NCBI GenBank assembly: GCA_963763775.1 | Contig: CAVXPZ010000001.1 | Span: forward strand, 768,001 to 832,000 | Direction: 5' to 3' | DNA: 64,000 nt | Origin: an uncultured Chloroflexia bacterium | GTDB taxonomy: Bacteria > Chloroflexota > Limnocylindria > Limnocylindrales > CSP1-4 | Part shown: one piece after another, positions 29,958 through 39,593 of the stretch | Numbering within the stretch: position 1 is the stretch's first letter | Layout of the letters: each line of letters opens with the position of its first letter | Notes under the pieces: model-generated | What the model saw: the letters and a program-made list of their open reading frames with translations, nothing else | The model's database searches: none | Told to the model about the DNA's origin: nothing | Made by a program: the position numbers and the translations under genes

Positions 29958-32393
29958 TCAGGCGCGCATCCGGGCGCCGGTCGGGTCCACGAGGACGTCC
30001 GCCGCGACGGCCCCGGCCAGCCGTTCACCGAAGACGTCGACGGTGACGGGCGCCCCTTCTGCGGTGTCCGCCGGCAGGTAGACGTACCCGACCACGCGCT
30101 CCACGGTCGCGCCGTACGCCACGCTGCGCAGCCGGCCGACCACCTCGCCGTCGATGCGCACGGCCTCGCCACCGAAGACGGGCTGGTAGCCCGGCGCGTC
30201 GCCGATCACGACGGTCCGCAACCGCCGTCCTGGTCCGGCTGGGCTCGCTGCACGGCGGTCGACGAGCGCGGCCCGACCGATGAACTCGCCCTTGCCGGGC
30301 CGGACGAACGCCCCGAGGCCCGCCTCATCGGGCGTGTCGAGCATCGTCATGTCCGTTCCGAAGTAGCGGTACCCCTTCTCCACCCGCAGGGAGTCGAGCG
30401 CGCGATATCCGAATGGCTCGAGCCCGCGATCGGCGCCCGATCGGCGCAGGGCGTCCCACACGAGGACGGCGCCATCCACCGAGACGCTCAGCTCCCAGCC
30501 GAGCTCGCCGGCATAGCTGATCCTCGAGGCGAGGACGTCGGTCTCGGCCACGGCGATCGTGATCGCGCGGCGCGGGGGCAGCGCCGCATCGTCGACCGCC
30601 TCGAGCGTCGCGCCCGCCAGGACGTCCCGTGCTCGCGGCCCCCACAGCCCGATCGTGGCGATCTCCGCACTGGCGTCGCGGAGGGAGACCGCGTCGTCAT
30701 CCGCGACGTTGGCGCGCAGCCAGGCAAGGTCGGACGCGACGAAGCCGGACCCCGTCACGACGCGGAACCGATCCGCAGCCAACCGCGTGATCGTCACGTC
30801 GGCGACGCACCCACCGCGTTCGTCGAGGAACGGGCTGTAGACGATGCTCCCGACCGGGCGGTCGACGTCGTTGGCCGCGACGCGCTGGAGGAGGCCGAGG
30901 GCCCCGGGCCCACTGACCTCGATCTTGCCGAACGAGCTGAGGTCGATGATCCCGGCGCGGTCTCGGACCGCGCGCGCCTCCGCGACGACGCGGTCGAACC
31001 AGGGCGGCGGCCCCCAACCCCACGCACGCTGGTCACGACCGGCCCGCCGCCACGGCCGGCCGGGCTCGTGATGATCGGCGCGCTCCCATCCCGCCCGCGT
31101 CCCGAAGACCGCCCCGGCCTCCTGGAGCCGCCCGTGCAGCGCGGAGAGCCGCTTCGGACGGCCCGCGACGTCCGCGTCATACGGATAGCGGAGTCGGTAG
31201 TAGTCGGCGTACGTCTCGCGCGCGAGGCCCGCGGCGAAACCCGGATCGCGGTAGGTGTCGGAGAACCGCCACGCGCGGTACGGGCCGATGTCGACACCCG
31301 GGTCGCCGGCCGTGATCCAGCCGGCGATCGCCCGACCGATCCCGCCACCACCGCCGAACCCATTGAGCGACAGCCCGGCCGCCACCCAGAACCCGCGCAC
31401 GCCGGGGACCGGCCCCAGGAGCGGGTTCGCGTCGGGGGTCATCGCATCGGGGTGGCAGACGAGCCGGATCGCCTCGGCGTCGGCGAGGAACGGGAATCGT
31501 CGGATCGCTCCGGCCATCAGCGGGGCGAAGCGCTCGTAGTCGGGCGCCAAGGCTCGGGCGGCGTGATCCCACGGCACGCCATCCTCCCAGCGCGACACCG
31601 GGTCGGTCTCGTACCCGCCGAAGACCATCCCACCGTGCTCGCTCTTCCCGTAGACGAGGTTGTCCGGGTCGCGGAAGCACGGCATGTCCCGCGGCAGCTC
31701 CGATCCAGGCACGGCCTTCAGGGCGATGTGCTGATGGTCGACGGGTGTCGACGGGATGAACGCCCCGACCATCGCGGCGACCTGCGGCGCCCATATCCCG
31801 GCCGCGTTGACGACGATATCCGTGTCGATCGGGACGTCGTCGGTCAGCACGCGACGGATCTCGCGACGGGCCGTCAGCTCGAACCCCGTGACACGGACGC
31901 CCGTCCGGATCCGGACCCCGAGGGCGCGCGCCGCGTCGGCGACGGCGTGGGTCGCGGTGTGCGGGTCGAGGTGGCCATCGCTCGCGATGTGGACCGCGCC
32001 GAAGAGAGACGCCGGCGAGATGGCCGGCATCAGGCCACGCGCCTCGTCCGCACCGATGACCTCGGCCTCCAGCCCGATCCCGCGTGCCCGGCTCGCGGTC
32101 CGCTCGAGCTCCCGGAGCTGGTCCGGGCTCGAGGCGAGCCGCAGGCTCCCGACGCGATCGAACACCCCGAGGCGCTCGTACAGCTCGATGCTGTAGCGAC
32201 GGAAGCCCATCATCGTGGCCGACGGGTTGAACGCCGTGACCAGTCCCGCCGCATGGCAGGTCGAGCCGGCGGTCAGCGTCGCCTTCTCGACGAGCAGGAC
32301 ATCCGTCCAGCCCGCCTCCGCGAGGTGCAGCGCGACGCTGCAACCGGTGATCCCGCCGCCGATGACGACGACTCGGGCGGTGTCGGCTCCCAT
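29958..32393 (-). CDS. GcvT-family FAD-dependent oxidoreductase, second paralog
   Basis: VIGGGITG, AGSTCHAAG, FRDPD, DAMTPD, GWERAD, RISYAGELGWE, LRVEKGYR. Confidence 0.92.
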   Translation of the reverse strand: MGADTARVVVIGGGITGCSVALHLAEAGWTDVLLVEKATLTAGSTCHAAGLVTAFNPSATMMGFRRYSIELYERLGVFDRVGSLRLASSPDQLRELERTASRARGIGLEAEVIGADEARGLMPAISPASLFGAVHIASDGHLDPHTATHAVADAARALGVRIRTGVRVTGFELTARREIRRVLTDDVPIDTDIVVNAAGIWAPQVAAMVGAFIPSTPVDHQHIALKAVPGSELPRDMPCFRDPDNLVYGKSEHGGMVFGGYETDPVSRWEDGVPWDHAARALAPDYERFAPLMAGAIRRFPFLADAEAIRLVCHPDAMTPDANPLLGPVPGVRGFWVAAGLSLNGFGGGGGIGRAIAGWITAGDPGVDIGPYRAWRFSDTYRDPGFAAGLARETYADYYRLRYPYDADVAGRPKRLSALHGRLQEAGAVFGTRAGWERADHHEPGRPWRRAGRDQRAWGWGPPPWFDRVVAEARAVRDRAGIIDLSSFGKIEVSGPGALGLLQRVAANDVDRPVGSIVYSPFLDERGGCVADVTITRLAADRFRVVTGSGFVASDLAWLRANVADDDAVSLRDASAEIATIGLWGPRARDVLAGATLEAVDDAALPPRRAITIAVAETDVLASRISYAGELGWELSVSVDGAVLVWDALRRSGADRGLEPFGYRALDSLRVEKGYRYFGTDMTMLDTPDEAGLGAFVRPGKGEFIGRAALVDRRAASPAGPGRRLRTVVIGDAPGYQPVFGGEAVRIDGEVVGRLRSVAYGATVERVVGYVYLPADTAEGAPVTVDVFGERLAGAVAADVLVDPTGARMRA

Positions 32394-32472
32394 CGGCGCC
32401 AACGGTACGACGACGCATCCCCTCCGTGGGGCCTCGGGCGCAGGTTCCGATCCCCTCCGCTACGATCGCGCC

Positions 32473-33588
32473 GTGACCGACCCAGGCGACGAGCGTCCCG
32501 CCGAGTCCCGCTCGCCGGCGAAGACCCGCCACGTCGCTCTCGTCGCCGTGGTCTTCGCCGCCGTCCTCATCCTGCTGTTCGGCCTTCTGTCGTACGTCTC
32601 GACGCTGCCCGTGGAGGTCACCGTCAACGGGGAGCCGATCGGGGCGGCCGCAGGCTCGCCGGGGTCGCCGGGCAGCGCCTCCCCGGCGCGGTCGCCGGTG
32701 GGCACCGGGTCGGCCGGCCCGTCGGGATCGGGTGGACTCCGCGCCGTCGGGCTCGAACGCCGCTCCCGGCGCGAGTCCGTCACCGGGCGGCGACCCGGTC
32801 CTCGTCGGCGCCGGGGACATCGCGAACTGCGACCTCGCGGGTGACGCGGCGACGGCGACGCTGATCGAGGGTATCCCCGGCACGGTCTTCGCGGCCGGGG
32901 ACAACGCGTACCAGGACGGCAGTCCCGCGAACTTCCGCGATTGCTACGACCCGACGTGGGGCCGCTTCCTCGACCGAACGGTCGCCGTCCCCGGCAACCA
33001 CGACTGGCAGACGAAGGACCTCGCCGGCTACCTCGCCTACTTCGGGACCCACGGGGCGAGGGACGGCAAGACCTGGTACGCCTTCGACCTCGGGGCCTGG
33101 CACATCGTCATGCTCGATTCCGAGTGCTCGAAGATCGGCGGCTGTGACGCCGCGTCGCCGGAGGGCCGCTGGCTGGCCGCCGACCTGGCCGCATCGACGC
33201 GCTCGACTGCACGCTGGCGATCTGGCATCGACCACGATGGAGCTCCGGGATTCCACCGGCGACGACCGGAACGGTCGAGCCGTTCTGGCGGGCGCTCTAC
33301 GCCGCCGGCGCGGACCTCGTCATCAACGGGCACGAGCACGACTACGAGCGGTTCGCCCCCCAGGATGCGAACGGGAACGAGGACCGAGTCCGGGGGATCC
33401 GCGAGTTCGTGGTCGGGACCGGTGGCGCCGAGCTCCGGTCGTTTCGCGACCCCGCGCCGAACAGCGAACTCCGGATCGCCGGCGTCAATGGGGTCCTGAA
33501 GCTGACGCTCAAGGCCGACGGCTACGACTGGCAGTTCATCCCGACCGCGACTGACGTCGGCGACGCTGGCTCGGGGCCGTGCCACTGA
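32473..33588 (+). CDS. Membrane-anchored calcineurin-like metallophosphoesterase, frameshifted
   Basis: N-terminal TM and Ser/Pro linker, GAGDIA, GDNAY, PGNHDW, NGHEHDYERF, FVVGTGG. Confidence 0.82.
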
Positions 33589-33597
33589 CGCGACCGG

Positions 33598-34537
33598 TCA
33601 GTCCCCGGCCGCCTCGTGAAGGGCGTGCTCGAAGGCCGGCTCGCTCGCGTTCGCGAGCAGCCGGTCGAAGTGCTCGGCGGCGTACGCCACGAAGTCGACG
33701 TCGAGCGTGCTGATCCCCTGCTGGAGCACGCCCCACATCGCTTCGCGGAAGTCCGAGACGATCCGCATGAGCGTGAGCCGCGCCGCCCGTGCGGGCCGGA
33801 CCTCGCCGTCGTAGGCGCCAAGCAGGATCGCGTCCTCCGCCGGCGTGAGCTCGTGGTTGATGCTGAAGTTGCCGAGGTCGAAGAAGGGGTCGCCCATCCC
33901 CGCGTACTCCCAGTCGACGATCCGGATCCGCGTGCCGTCATCGATGAAGTTCGCGTTGAGCAGGTCGTTGTGGCAGGGCCGCAGCTCGACCGGCGAGGCG
34001 AGGCACGCCAGCTCGATCCGTCGGCCGATCGCGGCCGCGAGGTCGTACTCGGCCGGGATCGGCACCCCGCGCGCGAGGGCGAGCGCGCGATAGGCCTCGC
34101 AGATCCGGAGCGGCACGAACAGCCCGGGGATGGCGGGCCCGTCATGGATGCGACGCAACGAGTCGGCGACGCGGCGCAAGGTCTCGGGCTGGTGGACGGC
34201 CGCATCGCTGACCGGCGAGCCCTCGATGAAGCGCGTGACGAGGTAGCCCTCCGGCCGGATGAACGCGGCGACCTCCGGGCCGACGCCGACCCCCGCGGCC
34301 GCCACGGTCGCCGCGTGCTCGACCTCCCGGCTGATCCCGAGCAGGTGGGTGTCGTTGCCGGCCAGCCGGATGACCCAGCGGTCGTCCGTCCCGCTCGCGC
34401 TGACGAGGAAGTTTCGGTTCGTGATCCCGCCCGAGAGCGGCGACCAGGGTCAGGTCGCGCCCGGCCAGCTCCGGCAGCCGGCCGAGCGCGTCGACGAGCG
34501 TGTCACGCAGCTCACCCCGGAGGGGTGCCTCCGACAC
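33598..34537 (-). CDS. Choline/ethanolamine kinase (APH-fold), second paralog, frameshift near 34440
   Basis: SGGITNRNF, LGISREVE, CHNDLLNANF, IVDWEYAGMGDPFFDLGN. Confidence 0.88.
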
Positions 34538-36203
34538 CTAGCCGATGGTCGTGTGACCGGTCGCCGCATCCGCGGCGGATTCGACGTCGTGGGCCGAGCC
34601 GCGGACACCGAGGAGGTAGTAGACGATCCCGACGATGACGACGATCGCCGATCATCGTCTCGAACGTCGGCCACGCGGGCAGCCCTGAGATCTCCTGTCC
34701 GAACGGCTTCAAGAACGAGTTGATGAACGGATTGGTGGTGAGGCGGCCCGTCGCCACCGAAGTTGCCGAATAGCCCGGGATCGATTCCAGAGGCCGATGT
34801 TGATGAGCATCAGGCCGCCCCAGACGAGGGCGGCCACGATGTTGACCGGCATGCCCCATCGACCGAGGTTGAACCAGGCCGCGCTGCGCGCGGCCAGCCC
34901 TTGCGACGCGCGTTCATGACGCCGAGGTTGCACAGGAAGTAGCTGAGGTAGATCAGACCCGGTCGCGGCGATCGACAGGAAGAACCCGCCAAGCGGCCCG
35001 ATGACCAGGATCGGGATCGCGGCGAGGACCCCGACGGCGATGGCCGCATTCGCCGGGGTCTGGAACCGCGGGCTCACATGGCCCCAGAGCACGACCGAGC
35101 GGCAGGTGGTTGTCGCGTCCCATCGAGAACATCAGCCGCGTCGCCGCGCCCTGGATGGCCAGCGTGCACACGAAGACCGAGGCGAGGATGACGAACAGGT
35201 AGATCTCGCCGACCGTCAGACCGTACCGACGATCGCCGTGTTCAGCGCATCGGTGATGGTGGTCGCGATCGGGAAGCCGCCCGCCTGGCCCTCGGCCATC
35301 GCGTCCGGGATGCTCGGGATCGCGAGGATCACGGCGACGAGGAACACCGCCCCGACCAGCCCCGAGACCAGGAGCGACGACAGGACGCCCTTGGGCGCCT
35401 GTCGGGTCGCGTCGAGCGTCTCCTCGCCGAAGGTCCCGGCCGTGTCGAACCCGTACACGATGAACAGCGACATGAACATGCCCAGGGCGAATGCCGGCAG
35501 GTAGTCGCCGCCCGTGGCATCCTGCGCTCCCCCGGTGTCGACCAGGACGGATGGCGGCTGCACGTGCGCGAAGATCAGCAGGATCAGCGCGAAGACGAAC
35601 ATGCCGAGGATCTCGGTCGCGACGCCGATGTTGTTGAGGATCGACAGCAGGCGCACGCCGTACGCGTTGATGAGCGTCGTGACGATGAGGACCGTAATAG
35701 CGAGATGAACGTGAACATCGTGGTGATGCCGAGCGGGATCCGGCGAGTCGAGGAACGCGACCTCGCCGCGCGCCGTAGGCCGCGCTGTGGATCCCGTCGA
35801 TCACGAACGCGACGATGACGGCGACCGCGCTGACGGTCACGACCTGCGCCCAGAAGTAGAACCAGCCCGTGAACCAGCCAAGCCCGCGGTTGGACAGGCG
35901 CTTCGACCACTGGTAGATCGAGCCCGCGACCGGGAAGTGGCTGGCCAGTTCGGCGAACACCAGCGCGACGAGCAGCTGACCGACGATGACGATCGGCCAG
36001 CTCCAGAAGAACGCCGGACCGCCCAGCCCGATCCCGACGCCGAAGTTCCCGTACGAACCGGTCGAGACACTGATGAACGCGAAGGCGATCGCGAAGTTGG
36101 ACAGGAACCCGAGGGTCCGCTTCAGCTCCGGCTTGATGCCCAGGGCGCGGAGTTGCGCGTCGTCGCGCGCGGCGACGTCCTGGGGGCTACTCGACTCCGC
36201 CAC
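34538..36203 (-). CDS. APC-family amino acid/amine permease, multiple frameshifts
   Basis: LRALGIKPELKRTLGFLSNFAIAFAFIS, AELASHFPVAGSIYQW, YGFDTAGTFGEET, RLMFSMGRD, WFNLGRWG. Confidence 0.85.
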
Positions 36204-36319
36204 GATCTCCTCCTCCTACCGCCGCCCGACCCGGGCGAGACTGACCTCTGGGGAGAGACGCGAGGACTGAAGGGCACCGGACCCCACCGGACTCCCTCAA
36301 GCCGGTCGAGTTGCGGGCG

Positions 36320-36347
36320 AGGATAGCACCGCCGCTGCGCCCGTCAA
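36320..36347 (-). promoter_or_regulatory. Putative sigma70 promoter of the APC permease-kinase operon
   Basis: TTGACG-N16-TATCCT with extended -10 TG; AGGAGGAGG RBS downstream. Confidence 0.55.
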
Positions 36348-36403
36348 CGACGTATTTCGCGCCGTGTAGGGCGGGTCGATGCGGGATTCGTGCGGATCGC
36401 GGG

Positions 36404-37498
36404 CTAGGGGTCCAGGCGGTAGAACCGGAAGTTCGGGTGCTCGGTCGGCAGCACCGTGAAGCCCGTGAACCCGGCCTCACGCGCGATCGCCTCGACCGCG
36501 GACGGCCGCAGGACCGTGCCGGTCGCGACGGACGGCTGGTCGAACCGGCCGTTGGGCAGGCAGCCGACCACGCTGAACCCGTAGAAGAGCCGCTCGACCT
36601 CGTCGCCCGGCGCCGTGAACCGCTCGGCGACGCGCTCGTCGGCCACGAGGATGGCACCGCCCGGGGCGAGGAGCCGGGCCGCCGCCTCGAGGACCTCCAC
36701 CGGGCGGGACATGTCGTGCAGGGCCTCGAAGATCGTCACCAGGGCGTATCGACCCGCACCGTCGGCGGCGGCCGCATCGGCCGTCAGGAAGCTCACGCGG
36801 TCGGCGACGCCCTCGGCGGCGGCGTGCACCCGCGCCCGCTCGATCGACCCGGGGTCGATGTCGATGCCGTCGACGGACACGCCCGGGAAGTGCTGGGCGA
36901 TGGCGATCGACGACCAGCCGGTCCCGCACGCGACGTCGGCCACGCGGCCCGTGCCGGCACGGAGTCGGGCCGCGACGTCCGGCAGGTCATCGATCCACGA
37001 CCCGACGTACTGGCGGAAGTGCGGGCGGTTCATCGCCTCCTGCGCCTCGATCACGTCCGAGCCGTAGTCGGCCCAGTCGATGCCGGCGCCGGTCCGGAAC
37101 GCGTCCATGACCTCGGGCAGTCGCTGCGTCGTGCCGACCATGAACCGGGTCAGCGGCGCGAGGAGGGCCGTGCTCTCCGGGTCGAGGAGGACCTCGGCAT
37201 GCCCTTCGGGGAGCGTGTAGCGCCGGGCATCCGGATCGGCATCGACATCGTCGACATCGAGGACGCCGCCGACCGCCTGGTGTTCGAGCCACTCGCGCGC
37301 GTAGCGGGCGTCGATCGCGGCTCGGCCCGCGAGCTCCGCGGCGGTCGCGGGACCGCCGTCAGCGAGCGCCCGGTACAGACCGAGCCGTTCGCCCAGGTAC
37401 ATGACCTGGACATCGAGCGACCCGAGGATCCCTTCGAAGATGCGCGCGCTGAGCGCGTCGCGCCTCGCCTCGGCCGCCTCCACGGCGTTCGTCGACAT
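36404..37498 (-). CDS. Class I SAM-dependent methyltransferase with N-terminal winged HTH (Rv2258c-like)
   Basis: LGERLGLYRAL, RYAREWL, VADVACGTGW, FEALHDMSRP. Confidence 0.88.
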   Translation of the reverse strand: MSTNAVEAAEARRDALSARIFEGILGSLDVQVMYLGERLGLYRALADGGPATAAELAGRAAIDARYAREWLEHQAVGGVLDVDDVDADPDARRYTLPEGHAEVLLDPESTALLAPLTRFMVGTTQRLPEVMDAFRTGAGIDWADYGSDVIEAQEAMNRPHFRQYVGSWIDDLPDVAARLRAGTGRVADVACGTGWSSIAIAQHFPGVSVDGIDIDPGSIERARVHAAAEGVADRVSFLTADAAAADGAGRYALVTIFEALHDMSRPVEVLEAAARLLAPGGAILVADERVAERFTAPGDEVERLFYGFSVVGCLPNGRFDQPSVATGTVLRPSAVEAIAREAGFTGFTVLPTEHPNFRFYRLDP

Positions 37499-37516
37499 CG
37501 CGTCCCTCCCTTCCGA

Positions 37517-38924
37517 TCAGCCGGCGGCGACGACCTCGCGCAGGACGTCCGGCATCGGGCGATGGAGCTCCACCGGCCGGATGTACGCGGCGATCATGTC
37601 GCGGGACCCATTCACGCCGAGTTCCGTGAAGAGGAACGAGATCTTGCGCCGCTGCGCAGCCAGGATCTCGTCTTTCTCGGGCAGGTCCCAGAGCTGGCGC
37701 TTGAACGGCCCGATGGCCTTCTTGCGGGTCGTGTAGACGAACTGCTGGTCCGTCTGGCCCGGCTTGCGCTCGTCGAGGGCGTTCGCGTAGCACCACGCCT
37801 CGATCTCCCGGTGCATCGACTCCGGGAACGCCGGGTGCTCGTACAGGGCGTTCTGGAACCCGGTCGCGAGGTGGATCTCGGCGGTGTCCACGGCCGGGAA
37901 GTGGTGGAACAGCTCGTCGGGCAGCGTGGACGCGCCGTGCTGGACGGCCCCTGCAAGCCCGTACTCACGGGCCACGACCCCGAGCTCCCGGAGGACCTCG
38001 AAGTCGAGCTTGACCTCCGCCACCCCGCCGCCGGGGAGCGGCACGCCGCCGTGGCTGGTGCCCGTCTGGACGCTGACCTTGGAGATCCCGGCAGCGCCCG
38101 GGTGCGCGGGCGTCGAGCTCGCGGCGGTAGCCGTCGAGATAGGCGCGCAGCTCCTCGACCGTGGAGTTCTTCGTCCCGACCTCGCCGATCTCGCCGCCGA
38201 CGCTCACGGTGACCCCGTCGGCCTCGAGCGTCCGGATCAGGGCGGTCAGCTCGGCGGCACGCCGGTAGTTCTCGTGCTGCTGGGCCTCCACCGTCGGCTT
38301 CGAGAGGTCGACGAGCGTCGACGAGTCGATGTCGATGTTCCGGTAGCCGGCGTCGATGGCCAGCCGGCAGGCGCGCCGGATCTCCTCGGTCATCGCCTCG
38401 GGGTCGGCGGCGTACTTCTTCGCGTTGAACTGGTAGTGGTCGCCCTGGATGAACACCGGGGCACGCCATCCCGCGGCGATCGCCCCGGCGAGCACGGCCG
38501 TCGCGTAGTCGATCGGCCGCTGGAACGTGTACGTCTGCTCGCTCCGGGCGAGCTCGAGGATGACCGCGCCCACATCGGCCGCGGCGGCCGTCTCGTAGAC
38601 GGTCCGGGCCATGTCGAACACCTGGGCCCGCAGGTTGATCGCGGGGACCGTGAACCCGGTGACCTCGCCGCGCGCGCGGGCGCTGTAGAGCTCCTGGATG
38701 CTCGCCGACGGCGCGCCGAGCACCTGGCTGGCCTCCCAGACGATCCATTGCGCCGCCAGCGTGGTCGCCTCGTCCTCCGTGAACGCGGCCGTCCAGGCGA
38801 GGTCGCGGATGGCCTCGTTCCGGAAGGCCGCCTCGTCGTCGATGACGAGGAGGTCGCCATCGAGGTGGGCGGCCGGTCGGATGGCGGTCAGAAGGTCGGC
38901 GGGCGAGCTCGCGACGTGCGGCAT
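37517..38924 (-). CDS. fba: Class II fructose-bisphosphate aldolase family protein, frameshift near 38095
   Basis: FTVPAINLR, FIQGDH, IDIDSS, GGEIGEVG, QTGTSHGG, VQHGAS. Confidence 0.85.
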
Positions 38925-39047
38925 GGTGGGGTGATCTCCTGGGGTTCGGGGTTCACCGCCATGGTACGTCCGACGCATCGCGCCGCGCGACGTCGAGTCC
39001 GGTGACGCTCCCAGCGGGACCAGTGTCCCGACGGATGACGATGCGGC

Positions 39048-39536
39048 TCAGAGCGTCGGCTTGACCACCATCAGGAACACGATGATGACGATCATCAGAC
39101 CAAGGAACATCCCGCCGCGCTGGATCTTCTTGACCGTGGCGACCACCTCGGGCGGCGGCGGACCGGGCGGCGTACCCGGGGGTGGCGGCGTGGCGCCGAG
39201 CTCGATCAGGTGGTGCAGCGTGTTCCGCTGGATCGTGAGGGCGTAGGTCAGGGTGATGAGGTACAGGATGATCCCGAGCCCCAGCCAGAGGTTCCCCATC
39301 ACGTTGAACCCGGCGGCCCAGATCAGCAGCACCCCGGTGATCCCCTGGAAGATGGCGAGCGGATAGACCAGCTTGTTGCCGATGGAGGCGACTTGTCGCG
39401 AGCTGAAGTTGGCATGTTGCGGCTCGCGGGCGGCCGCCGCGCCCATGATCGAATACGCGAAGGTCGGCCCGAACGCGATGATCGCGCCCATGACGTGCAG
39501 GAAGAGCAGGTACGGGACCAACTGCGCGGCTTGCAT
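39048..39536 (-). CDS. DUF2269-like integral membrane protein
   Basis: LLFLHVMGAIIAFGP...VFLMVVKP; four hydrophobic segments; GAGGA RBS. Confidence 0.8.
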   Translation of the reverse strand: MQAAQLVPYLLFLHVMGAIIAFGPTFAYSIMGAAAAREPQHANFSSRQVASIGNKLVYPLAIFQGITGVLLIWAAGFNVMGNLWLGLGIILYLITLTYALTIQRNTLHHLIELGATPPPPGTPPGPPPPEVVATVKKIQRGGMFLGLMIVIIVFLMVVKPTL

Positions 39537-39593
39537 CGGCGTCCTCTTCATCTCGAACGTGACCTTGTCCCCCACGACTCGCGGAGGATAGGC

